NCBI GenBank assembly: GCA_963667665.2
Contig: OY763927.2
Location: forward strand, 608,001 to 672,000
Source of the DNA: Nitrosopumilus sp.
GTDB taxonomy: Archaea; Thermoproteota; Nitrososphaeria; Nitrososphaerales; Nitrosopumilaceae
Length of the DNA: 64,000 bases
Direction: 5' to 3'
A program made the position numbers and the translations under genes. Numbering within the stretch: the first letter of the stretch is position 1; each line of letters starts with the position of its first letter. Positions 8,815 through 18,770 of the stretch are shown one piece after another. The notes below the pieces were generated by a model. The model did not search any database. It had not been told where the DNA came from and worked only from the letters and a program-made list of their open reading frames with translations.

Positions 8815-9999
8815 ATGTGCATACTTTTAACTTTCAAAATAACCATGAACGGAGTAATATCTTTTCAAGACTTTTGCACTCTTGAATCCGTTTTATTTTG
8901 TATATCCCAACTAAGAGGAAACAGACGACGTAATATCAAATCAAAGAATTTTGTATCAACTCAAAAAAGCTATCTGTATAGATTGTGGAACTTTCACTAC
9001 TGGCTTGTAGGCCAAAAATTCTCATATAGTATATGGACCATGATTGGCAATTCTACATTTCAGAAACAGTCTAAAACTGTAACGCTTGGCGGATTGGAGC
9101 ATTTTTTTAATTTGTATGAATCCAACAACACAAAATCTAGACGATATTTTACTCAATTAATAATGAAATATCTTCGAGATCCAATACATAAAAACAAAAA
9201 ATCACAGACTTTGAGAATTGAATATCACGCAATAAAGGCATATTTTGAACTAAATGATTCTCCAATTCATCTTCGTTTCAGATTAGGTTTTACAGAAATA
9301 GAGCATATAGAAGAACCGCAATTATTGACACTTGGGAATCTCATGCGTTTACTTACGGTAGGACAACCAACGTTATTACAAAAGGCCGTATTTTTGTGCA
9401 AGTTTCATTGAGGCCTTGATACATCTACTTTTGTTGATAGATTCAACTTTGAGGCATGGGATCAAATTGTAAAAGCGTTTGGTACTGATAATTGGAACCA
9501 GTGGGATTTGAAAAAATGTCCCATTCCAATACGATTAACACGTCTTAAAACAGATGTTGTTCATGTTGGTTTTCTTGATATTGATGCAATTATGGCCTTG
9601 CAAGAATACCTGGAACACAAACTGACAATACAAAATGTCTTCAAACCAAATCCAATATTTCTTAACTGTAAAAACATGTCCATCTCTGAGGAATGGGTTC
9701 GTTATAGTTTTCGCAGTCTTGCAAAAAAAGCGGGACTGATAAAACCAAATAATAAAATAAAGAACCAAAACATCAATCCAAACTCATTGAGAGTATTGTT
9801 AAAATCTACATTGATAACATGCAATGTAGATAGGGTGATCGCAGAGGAGGCAATAGGTCACAAAACTCCAGAAAGACCAAACAAACACGAAATAAATGAT
9901 ATAAAAAATATGCAAAATGAATACTCTAAAGCATCCAAAACAATCAATATATTTTCCAGAGTATACAAAATGATAAATGAGATTGATATCGAAACTTAG
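8815..9999 (+). pseudogene. Tyrosine recombinase/integrase-like protein with internal nonsense codon
   Basis: ORFs 8815-9411 and 9508-9999 share a frame and are split only by TGA at 9409-9411 (KFH*GLDTSTFVDRFN). RLKT, NSLR and IGH motifs. Paralogous to 49626-51227. Confidence 0.8.
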
Positions 10000-10059
10000 A
10001 ATGTTGGAATCGATCAAATGTACAAATTTTATTAACAGAATTCGTAGTGTGAGTAAATT

Positions 10060-11370
10060 ATGATAGAAACTGAATTAGGAAATTTACGCAGATCTCACTA
10101 TTCTGATGAAATTACCCCTTCAATGGATGGAAATCAAGTAACCATCATGGGATGGGTTTTAACAATTAGAGGGCACGGCAACATTAGTTTTGCTACAATT
10201 CGTGACAAAAATGGTAACATCTTAGTTGTTGCAAAAAAGGGAGATTGTCCTGATGAAATTCGTGAAAAAATATCTTCTCTAAAAGCACATTCTTCAATTG
10301 CCGTTACTGGAAAAGTAAAATCATCTGAAAAAGCACCAAGTGGATTTGAAATAATTCCAACAGAATTGAGAGTATTTTCAGAAGTTGAGAAAATTCCTCC
10401 TTTTGAGCCAACTGCAAAAACTGTAAAAAATATTGATACTAGACTTGAAGTAAGACCAATTGATCTTAGACGAAATTCACTTCAACATATATTCAAAGCT
10501 AGAAGTCTTGTTTTAAAATCAATTAGAGATTACTTTAATGTTCAAAATTTTACTGAAATACATACTCCAAAAATGATTGCAACAGCTACTGAAGGTGGTG
10601 CTGCACTATTTGCAATATTTTATTATAACAAGGAAGCTTTCTTGGCTCAAAGTCCTCAATTGTACAAAGAACAACTTACAATGAGCTTTGAAAAAGTCTT
10701 TGAGATTGCTCCTATTTTTAGAGCAGAACCATCAAGAACTAATCGTCATTTAGCAGAAGCAATCTCTATTGATTTGGAGGAGGCATTTATTGATTACAAT
10801 GATGTAATGAATAGAATTGAAGATATCATAACGATTTCAATTAAAACTGTAAATGATTATGTAAAAGATAATCCTGATGCTGAATTTAAAATTCCTGAAA
10901 TTCCTGAAACGATTCCCAGGTATTCTTATGATGAATTAGTGGAGAAAATGAAAAAGGCTGGAGCAAAAACTGAATGGGGAGATGATTTGTATCCATCCAA
11001 TTTAAAAAAAATTGGTCTTGATGGATTTTACTTTATCACCGATTGGCCTATGGGTCCAAAACCATTTTACGTAAAGGATAGTAAATCAAATCCAAAAATT
11101 TCAGAATCATTTGATTTGATGTTTGGAGATTTAGAATTATCTTCAGGCAGTACAAGAATTGAAAAACGAGATGAATTAGAGGAGAGAATGAAAAACAAGG
11201 GAATGAAAATTGATTCATTTGAATATCATCTTGGTGCATTTGATTATGGTGTTCCACCCCATGCTGGTTGTGGAATTGGCCTTGAAAGGCTAATTATGGC
11301 ACTTACTGGTACTGAAAATATACGTGATGTAACATTTTATCCAAGAGATGTCGATAGATTAACACCCTAG
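10060..11370 (+). CDS. aspS: Aspartate--tRNA(Asp/Asn) ligase, archaeal type
   Basis: OB anticodon domain with RGHG, FRAEPS, GIGLER, FYPRD. Confidence 0.97.
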   Translation: MIETELGNLRRSHYSDEITPSMDGNQVTIMGWVLTIRGHGNISFATIRDKNGNILVVAKKGDCPDEIREKISSLKAHSSIAVTGKVKSSEKAPSGFEIIPTELRVFSEVEKIPPFEPTAKTVKNIDTRLEVRPIDLRRNSLQHIFKARSLVLKSIRDYFNVQNFTEIHTPKMIATATEGGAALFAIFYYNKEAFLAQSPQLYKEQLTMSFEKVFEIAPIFRAEPSRTNRHLAEAISIDLEEAFIDYNDVMNRIEDIITISIKTVNDYVKDNPDAEFKIPEIPETIPRYSYDELVEKMKKAGAKTEWGDDLYPSNLKKIGLDGFYFITDWPMGPKPFYVKDSKSNPKISESFDLMFGDLELSSGSTRIEKRDELEERMKNKGMKIDSFEYHLGAFDYGVPPHAGCGIGLERLIMALTGTENIRDVTFYPRDVDRLTP

Positions 11371-11380
11371 GTGTAAGTGA

Positions 11381-11647
11381 ATGGTAACTGAAGAAGAAAT
11401 AGAACATGTTTCAAAATTAATGAAAATAGACATTGATGATCATAAGGAATATGTTGACAAGGTTCAATCAATGATTGATTATTTTGATGTTTTAGATTCT
11501 GCAGATGTTGAATCAGAAGAAATCTCAATGCAAGAAATTCCAATTTCCAATCTACGTGATGATAAATACATTCCATATGATGAAAAATTAATCAACAAAT
11601 TAAACAACTACAAAGGAACCTATGTTCGAGCACCTAAGATGTCTTAA
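11381..11647 (+). CDS. gatC: Asp/Glu-tRNA amidotransferase subunit C
   Basis: Position before gatA; LRDD and VRAPK motifs. Confidence 0.9.
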   Translation: MVTEEEIEHVSKLMKIDIDDHKEYVDKVQSMIDYFDVLDSADVESEEISMQEIPISNLRDDKYIPYDEKLINKLNNYKGTYVRAPKMS

Positions 11648-13092
11648 TGAATCTCAAAATTTCTGCCCTTGAATTTGTCCAAGAAGTACAAAATGGAAAT
11701 ATCTCTGCTGAAGATTTTGTTGCAAAATCACTAGAAAGAATACAAAATATTGATGAGAAACTTCATGCATTTTTATCAGTAAATGAAGAAGCAGTTGATC
11801 AAGCACGTGAGATTGATAAAAAAATAAAATCTGGTAAAAAAGTTGGAGCATGTTTTGGAATGCCAATTTCAATTAAAGATAACATGTGTATCAAAAATAG
11901 TAAAACCACATGTGCATCAAAAATGCTTGAGAATTATGTATCACCATATGATGCGACTGTCATAACAAAACTAAAAGAACAAGATGCAATATTTGTTGGA
12001 AAAGTAAATCTTGATGAATTTGCTATGGGGTTGACAACTGAATTTAGTGCATTTGGTGCAAGCAAAAATCCTTGGAATACTAAATATGTTCCAGGTGGTT
12101 CTTCTGGTGGTAGTGCAGTTTCTGTAAGTGCTTTTGAATGTGTAGCCTCTTTGGGTTCTGATACTGGTGGGTCAGTTAGAAATCCTGCTAGTTTTTGTTC
12201 TACAGTAGGATACAAGCCAACGTATGGCCTAATTAGCAGATATGGGTTAATTTCATATGCAAACAGTATTGAGCAGATTGGTCCTATTACTAGAACTGTA
12301 AAAGATACAGCCTTTATGCTAAACATCATTTCGGGGTTAGATCCTAATGACAATACTACTGTAGATAACAAAAATGAAGACTATCTTTCAGGTATTGATT
12401 CAGGTATAGACGGTAAAAAAATTGGAATAATTAAAGAGATGATTGGTGAGGGAACTGATCCTGCAGTTTTATCTGCAACAAAGGATGCTATATCAAAACT
12501 AGAAACACTTGGAGCAACATGTGAAGAAGTCTCCTTAGATATGGTGCAATATTCTGTTGCAGCATATTATACAATAGCTGCAACAGAAGCTGGAAGTAAT
12601 CTTGCTCGATTTGATAATTTAAGATATGGTTATGATTTTTCTGTTGAAGGATACGAATTTAATTCTTACATTTCAAAAGCACGAAAAAACTTTGGTCCCG
12701 AAGTAACACGTAGAATGATAATTGGAGGGTTTGTTCCATCTGCAGGACATGCAGGAAAATATTTCCTTAAAGCACTAAAAGTAAAAAATAAACTAACTCA
12801 AGAAATAAATGAAGCATTTAAGAAATTTGATCTTTTAATTGCACCAACTGTTCCAATTCTCCCATTTAAGATTGGCGAAAAGATTAATGATCCTGTTTCA
12901 TTGTTTCAGGTTGATATCAATACTGTAACTGCAAATCTCACTGGAAAACCTGCAATTTCAGTACCATTTAGTATCTCAAATGGATTACCAATTGGAATAC
13001 AATTATTTGCAGACTCTATGCAAGATAAATTATTACTACAAGCTGCACATGCATTAGAACAGACTGTTTCATTACCGGAGGTCCCAATTTGA
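11647..13092 (+). CDS. gatA: Asp/Glu-tRNA amidotransferase subunit A
   Basis: Amidase signature PGGSSGGS, LGSDTGGSVRNPA. Confidence 0.97.
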   Translation: MNLKISALEFVQEVQNGNISAEDFVAKSLERIQNIDEKLHAFLSVNEEAVDQAREIDKKIKSGKKVGACFGMPISIKDNMCIKNSKTTCASKMLENYVSPYDATVITKLKEQDAIFVGKVNLDEFAMGLTTEFSAFGASKNPWNTKYVPGGSSGGSAVSVSAFECVASLGSDTGGSVRNPASFCSTVGYKPTYGLISRYGLISYANSIEQIGPITRTVKDTAFMLNIISGLDPNDNTTVDNKNEDYLSGIDSGIDGKKIGIIKEMIGEGTDPAVLSATKDAISKLETLGATCEEVSLDMVQYSVAAYYTIAATEAGSNLARFDNLRYGYDFSVEGYEFNSYISKARKNFGPEVTRRMIIGGFVPSAGHAGKYFLKALKVKNKLTQEINEAFKKFDLLIAPTVPILPFKIGEKINDPVSLFQVDINTVTANLTGKPAISVPFSISNGLPIGIQLFADSMQDKLLLQAAHALEQTVSLPEVPI

Positions 13093-14492
13093 CTAAGATT
13101 GGTTTAGAAATTCATTGTCAGTTAACAAACTTGGAAAGTAAATTATTTTGTTCATGTAAGGCAAACTATCGAGAATTTGAAATCAATGAAAATATTTGTC
13201 CTATTTGTATGGGATTGCCAGGAAGCTTGCCTAGATTAAATCAAGAAGCCGTAAAAAAGGCTACAATAATTGCAATGGCCCTAAATTGCGCTATTCCTGA
13301 AAAGATTACATTTTTTAGAAAAAATTATTTTTATCCTGATTTACCAAAAAACTTTCAAATCACTCAACTAAACATCTATGGTGATACCAGTATTGGCGGT
13401 TCTGGCTCAATCATGGTTGGAGATAAAAAAATCAGAATCACAAGAATTCAATTAGAAGAGGATCCTGGTAGGCTAATTTACGAAGGTAGTTCATCCAAAA
13501 ATCTAATCACTTTAGTTGATTACAACCGTGCAGGTACACCATTAGTTGAAATTGTAACCGAACCTGACTTTGAGAATCCAAAACAAGTGAGAGCATTTCT
13601 AAATATCTTATCTGATTTGCTTGAAAATCTTGGTGTTTCTGATCCTAGTTTAGATGGAGCAATGAGGGCTGATGCTAATGTTTCAATTGAAGGTGGAAAG
13701 AAAGTTGAAATTAAAAATATTGGCTCTTTTCATGATTTAGAAAAAGCTACTATTTTTGAAATTACAAGACAAGAAAGCTTGCATTCCAGAGATATTGAAA
13801 TAATTCAAGAGACACGTCATTGGGATGACCAACGAAAAATTACTGTTTCATCACGTTCTAAAGAAGAAGATCTTGATTATCGTTATTTTCTAGAAGGAGA
13901 CATACCTTGGGTAAAAATTGATCCTGAAATTCAAAAGGAATTAAAATCTCAAATGCCTGAAAGTATCAGCTCTAAAAAAGAAAGATATGTTTCACAATTT
14001 GATATGCCTGCACAAGTTGCAACTGTTTTATCATCTGACAAATTTTATTCTGATTTATTTGAAGTATCTCATACTGAATCTAATGCTAAAGAAATTGCAA
14101 ATATTATCACTACTGATTTAATGGGTTTAGTTGATACAAGAGAAAAACGTGAAGAATCAAAAATTACTGCAGTACATCTAACAGATTTAGCTGATTCAAT
14201 TCAATCAGGAAAAATATCTAGAAATTCTGCCAAAAATGCATTATATGAAATTGTAAAGACTGGAAAAGATCTATCTCAAGTAATCGCTGAATTAGATCTT
14301 GGAAATGTGTCTGATGAATCAGAACTATTAAAAATTATTCAAGAAGTAATTTCTGAGGAATCTCAAGCAGTGGAGGAAGCAAAATCGAATCCTCAAACAA
14401 TTAACTATCTAGTTGGAAAAGTAATGCAAAAGACAAAAGGAAAAGCAGATCCTACACTAACACTAGATTTATTTAAAAAACAGATAGGATGA
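13089..14492 (+). CDS. gatB: Asp/Glu-tRNA amidotransferase subunit B
   Basis: IGLEIHCQL, RKNYFYPDLPK, DYNRAGTPLVEIVTEPD. Confidence 0.97.
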   Translation: MTKIGLEIHCQLTNLESKLFCSCKANYREFEINENICPICMGLPGSLPRLNQEAVKKATIIAMALNCAIPEKITFFRKNYFYPDLPKNFQITQLNIYGDTSIGGSGSIMVGDKKIRITRIQLEEDPGRLIYEGSSSKNLITLVDYNRAGTPLVEIVTEPDFENPKQVRAFLNILSDLLENLGVSDPSLDGAMRADANVSIEGGKKVEIKNIGSFHDLEKATIFEITRQESLHSRDIEIIQETRHWDDQRKITVSSRSKEEDLDYRYFLEGDIPWVKIDPEIQKELKSQMPESISSKKERYVSQFDMPAQVATVLSSDKFYSDLFEVSHTESNAKEIANIITTDLMGLVDTREKREESKITAVHLTDLADSIQSGKISRNSAKNALYEIVKTGKDLSQVIAELDLGNVSDESELLKIIQEVISEESQAVEEAKSNPQTINYLVGKVMQKTKGKADPTLTLDLFKKQIG

Positions 14493-14495
14493 TTC

Positions 14496-14759
14496 ATGAC
14501 TGAACTTTCATTAGAAGACATTGAATTTATCAAAATACTGGCTACATCTGATGCTACTATTCTTCAGGCAGGCATGAATGATGCAACAAAACATAGACTA
14601 GATGTACAGATAGGCGTGATTCTTAGAGAATATTATCACGAAAACACAATGAATACTAAAACTGACTGGACTGAAAAATTCCTAAAAGTAGGTATTACTG
14701 AAGATGATGGTAAATCTGCAATTGCATGTGCAAGACGTCTTGGAATAGATATTTCCTGA
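14496..14759 (+). CDS. Hypothetical protein
   Basis: ORF co-oriented directly after gatB. Confidence 0.7.
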   Translation: MTELSLEDIEFIKILATSDATILQAGMNDATKHRLDVQIGVILREYYHENTMNTKTDWTEKFLKVGITEDDGKSAIACARRLGIDIS

Positions 14760-14804
14760 ATCAAAAAATCTTTTTACACTTTATGAGTTTCTAAAAATTA
14801 TAAT

Positions 14805-16730
14805 TTGCCTGATTTTGAATTTATCCCAACTGAAAAACAAATCAAAGAATCTAATATCTTTCAATTCATGCAAAAACAAAACATTTCATCCTTAAATGAA
14901 CTATCTAAAAAAGCCAAGGAAGATTTGGAATGGTTTTGGAAAGCAGTAGATGAGGATATTGGAATTGTTTGGGATGTACCTTATACTAAGATATTAGATA
15001 TCTCTAAAGGAATTGAATGGTCAAAATGGTTTGTAAATGGTAAAACTAACATTTACAAATCATCTGTTGAAAAATTTGCAAAGCAAAATCCTCAAAAAAT
15101 AGCATATCATTTTATTTCTGAAGATGGTCAGACATCTAAGATTTCCTATTCAGAATTAGATTCTAAAATTTCACAGCTTGCAAATGGTTTAAAATCAATC
15201 GGAGTAAAAAAAGGAGATGTTATAGCGATATACTTACCTATGATTGAAGAAGCAATGTTAGCAATCCTTGCAGCTTCTAAAATTGGTGCAATTCAAACGG
15301 TAATTTTTTCTGGATATAGTTCAGAATCATTACATGTACGTTTAATGGATTGCAAAGCAAAAATTCTCTTTGTATCTGATGGATTTTATCGAAAAGGAAA
15401 ACCAGTGTCACAAAAGAAAGCTGTAGATGAAGCAATCATAGATACTTCTGTTGAGAAAACAATCGTGGTATCTTACAAAGAAATTGATAATTATGAAGAA
15501 TCTGAAAAATTAATTTTTTATGACAAACTAGTTTCTCCTCAAAGCATTCTTTGTGACACCGAAATTTTAGATTCTGAGGATCCATTGTTTATTCTGTATA
15601 CATCAGGCACAACGGGTATGCCTAAAGGAGTAATTCATACTCATGGGGGATTTTCAGTCTTTGCAGGACATCAATCTGCATATCTCATTGATACACATGA
15701 AAATGATGTATTATTTTGGCCTGCAGATATTGGTTGGATTACAGGATTAGTCTGGAATGTTTATGGGCTTTTGATAATGGGGGCTAGTGCAGTAATTTAT
15801 GATGGTGCATTAGATTTTCCAACTATTGATAGAGTCTGGAAAATATTACATGATTATCAAGCAACTATTTTTGGAATATCCCCCACTGCAGTAAGATTGT
15901 TTAAAAAAAATAATGTTGAACCTTTGAAAATATATTCGTTAGACAAAATAAAAAATATTCCCACTACTGGTGAACCACTTGATGAGGATTCTTGGCGATG
16001 GTTATTTGAAAAAGTTGGCAACAAAAAGATTCCTATCATGAATTTATCTGGTGGTACTGAAATTGGTGGAGCAATGCTATCGGTATTTCCTGGAATGAAG
16101 CTAAAACCATCAACTGTTGGGATTCCAGTTCCTGGAATGAATCTAGATATCTTTGATGATGATGGAAATTCTATACACAAACAAAATGGATATTTGGTTA
16201 TCAAATCACCTTGGCCTGCAATGACTAGAGGATTGTTAAATGATGATGTAAGGTATCTTGAAACATATTGGTCACGATTTGAAAATATTTGGTTTCATGG
16301 AGATTTTGTCTATGTTGACGAAGACAATCTTTGGTATATGCGAGGCAGAACAGATGATGTGATAAATATTTCAGGTCATAGGATGAGCACTGCTGAAATT
16401 GAACATGCAGTAATTTCACATGATAAAATATCTGATGCTGCATCTATTGCAATTCCTGATGATATTACCGGAGAAGCAATTGTTGTATTTTTTGTTGCTG
16501 ATGATATATCAGAAACTGGTTTAGAATCAGAAATTTCCAAGCATGTTTCTGAAAAGATTGGTAAAGTTGCAAGACCAAAACTTGTTTTTCAGTTATCTGA
16601 TTTACCAAAAACAAGAACAGGTAAAATCATGCGCCGATTATTGAAATCAAAATTATTGGGTAAAACTTTGGGGGATTTATCCGCCCTTGAAAACCCCCAT
16701 GTTTTAGATGAAATCCCAAAACTTGGTTAA
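14805..16730 (+). CDS. AMP-forming acyl-CoA synthetase (acetate--CoA ligase-like)
   Basis: YTSGTTGMPKG, ADIGWITG, GRTDD, LPKTRTGKIMRR. Confidence 0.92.
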   Translation: MPDFEFIPTEKQIKESNIFQFMQKQNISSLNELSKKAKEDLEWFWKAVDEDIGIVWDVPYTKILDISKGIEWSKWFVNGKTNIYKSSVEKFAKQNPQKIAYHFISEDGQTSKISYSELDSKISQLANGLKSIGVKKGDVIAIYLPMIEEAMLAILAASKIGAIQTVIFSGYSSESLHVRLMDCKAKILFVSDGFYRKGKPVSQKKAVDEAIIDTSVEKTIVVSYKEIDNYEESEKLIFYDKLVSPQSILCDTEILDSEDPLFILYTSGTTGMPKGVIHTHGGFSVFAGHQSAYLIDTHENDVLFWPADIGWITGLVWNVYGLLIMGASAVIYDGALDFPTIDRVWKILHDYQATIFGISPTAVRLFKKNNVEPLKIYSLDKIKNIPTTGEPLDEDSWRWLFEKVGNKKIPIMNLSGGTEIGGAMLSVFPGMKLKPSTVGIPVPGMNLDIFDDDGNSIHKQNGYLVIKSPWPAMTRGLLNDDVRYLETYWSRFENIWFHGDFVYVDEDNLWYMRGRTDDVINISGHRMSTAEIEHAVISHDKISDAASIAIPDDITGEAIVVFFVADDISETGLESEISKHVSEKIGKVARPKLVFQLSDLPKTRTGKIMRRLLKSKLLGKTLGDLSALENPHVLDEIPKLG

Positions 16731-16799
16731 CATTAGCTAACTCATTGATACTCACTATTTCACGCTTTGACTCTTAATCATTTCTCATAATACTCAATA

Positions 16800-18158
16800 T
16801 TGAAATTTGTAGTTGACCAGCAGGTAGAAGACATAGAGATGCCTGAGAATCTCAAATTAAACACATTTTTACAAGAATTTTATACTCCTTGTCCACATCC
16901 TGAGTGTAGTTTTGGCTACTATGGGTTTGCATTTGGGCAATCTCCATTTCCTGTACCTCCACTTGTTCAAGTAGCACTAATAGAAAATGCTAACAAAGGA
17001 ACATATGCTCCTACTCCAGGAATTCCTGAATTACGTAATGCCATCTCAAAATACAACAGACATTATTTTGGAATGGATGTAGCTCCTGAACGAATCTATG
17101 TTGGACCTGGAACTAAAGAATTAATTTTTAATCTTTTAGAAATTTTACATGGAACTGTGATTTTACCAACCCCTGCTTGGTTGGGTTATCTTCCACAAAT
17201 TAGATTCTTAAAGAAAAATTTCCATATGTTACCAGCTCGTTCAAATATGAAAATATCTCCTGGCGATCTGAAGAAATTAGCACTTAGATTGCAAGACAGA
17301 CAAAAGATTTTGATTTTAAACAACCCTCATAATCCAACTGGATTATTGTATGATAAATATGAACTAGAAGAAATTGCATATGTCTGTAGAGAACAGAACA
17401 TCACTATAATTTCTGATGAAATTTATGCTCAGACAACTTATGATTTTTCAAAATTTGTTAGTATGGGAAAAATTTACCCTGAAGGCACATTTGTCACAAA
17501 TGGATTATCTAAATCACATGCAGCTGGTGGTTATAGATTAGGTTATGTGATTTTTCCACAGTATCAAACAGACCTAAAGAATCAATTTAAAAAAATTCTT
17601 GCAACAGAGTATACTGCTGTATCTACCCCAATTCAACATGCTGCTGTTGCTGGGTTTGAAATTAGTAAAGAAATTGATGATTATTTTGATGTAACTAGAA
17701 ATATCCATCATCTTATGGGGGAATATACCTATCATGCATTGTCATCCATTGAAGGAGTCAAGATGACAAAACCTGATGCTACATTTTATCTTCTAGCTGA
17801 TTTTAATGCATTTAGAGATGATCTAAAAAAAGCTAAAATTAATACATCTCAAAAATTATCTGAATCTTTAATTGTTCACCCATATCATACTGCAATTGTA
17901 GGTGGGGATAGTCTGGTTTTAGAGAGAACGGACTTTAGTGCTAGAATTGCTTATGTTGATTATGATGGGGCTACTGTCTATCAAAAATACCTTGAAAACA
18001 AACCAAAAACAAGTTCTGAAAGAATAGAATTTGTAAAAACTAATGCCCCAAAGATTGTTGCCGGAATTGAAATGATTGGTAGATTCTTTGAGGATATTAA
18101 AAAAGAACCATTACGTGATTTACAAACTCCAAAAAGTTTGATGGTTACTTCAAGTTAG
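16800..18158 (+). CDS. PLP-dependent aminotransferase class I/II
   Basis: NNPHNPTG, SDEIY, GLSKSHAAGGYRLG. Confidence 0.92.
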   Translation: MKFVVDQQVEDIEMPENLKLNTFLQEFYTPCPHPECSFGYYGFAFGQSPFPVPPLVQVALIENANKGTYAPTPGIPELRNAISKYNRHYFGMDVAPERIYVGPGTKELIFNLLEILHGTVILPTPAWLGYLPQIRFLKKNFHMLPARSNMKISPGDLKKLALRLQDRQKILILNNPHNPTGLLYDKYELEEIAYVCREQNITIISDEIYAQTTYDFSKFVSMGKIYPEGTFVTNGLSKSHAAGGYRLGYVIFPQYQTDLKNQFKKILATEYTAVSTPIQHAAVAGFEISKEIDDYFDVTRNIHHLMGEYTYHALSSIEGVKMTKPDATFYLLADFNAFRDDLKKAKINTSQKLSESLIVHPYHTAIVGGDSLVLERTDFSARIAYVDYDGATVYQKYLENKPKTSSERIEFVKTNAPKIVAGIEMIGRFFEDIKKEPLRDLQTPKSLMVTSS

Positions 18159-18770
18159 TATAATTTTGATTTTATTTTTTCATATTCTTCTAAAGTAATA
18201 TCGCCTTTTGCTAGCCTTGTTTGAAGAATATCTTTAGGATTTGATCCAATAATTGGCTGAATGATTTTTTTTCTTATTGTTTCTCTGTTAATAGATATTC
18301 GTTTGGAGTTGTTATCCACTTGTCTTTTAATTCCATAAACTGCTCCAAATAATATCACCAATCCTGCAACTGCAAGAGCAATTTGTGCGATTTCTGAATT
18401 ATTATTGTATTGTGGTGTATGTTCTACTATGGATGATGCTTGTGCTTCAGGTATGATTTCATTTTTGATAATTTCTTGAATCTTTGATTTGATTTCAATA
18501 TTATTATTTGAATAACCTACTGCTTCTTCTATTGTTAAATTCGGATAGTTTCTATCAAACCATGATTTGTAAGATACTTCATTATAGTATCTATCAATAT
18601 AATACTGAGGACTTTTAGTTGAATCTACAAAATCAGCAATACTAGTATTGATTGTATCTTGTGTTATTGTTTCTTTTTTAGAAACATTCTGAGTAGAATT
18701 TTCTTTAATGACTTCACTAGTGATTTTATTTTCATTTGGAATTATTAAAACTCCATTTAATGAAACAGTA
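18155..18770 (-). pseudogene. 5'-truncated membrane-anchored protein with C-terminal SHOCT domain
   Basis: Frame stays open about 200 codons upstream of the stop with no usable start. Contains DFVDSTKSPQYYIDRYYNE..YKSWFDRNYP, a TM helix and SHOCT-like RLAKGDITLEEYEKIK. Confidence 0.65.

Noticed and set aside
9409-9411. In-frame TGA as selenocysteine or readthrough
   Set aside because: The position is not a Cys-type site, no SECIS is evident, and other catalytic motifs are also degenerate.
3904-10059. attL/attR direct repeats bounding island 1
   Set aside because: No convincing direct repeat was found by eye at the two flanks.
11934-12371. Long antisense ORFs (also 15857-16204, 19342-19728, 41013-41471, 59343-59939)
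   Set aside because: Shadow frames of well-supported genes with no motifs of their own.
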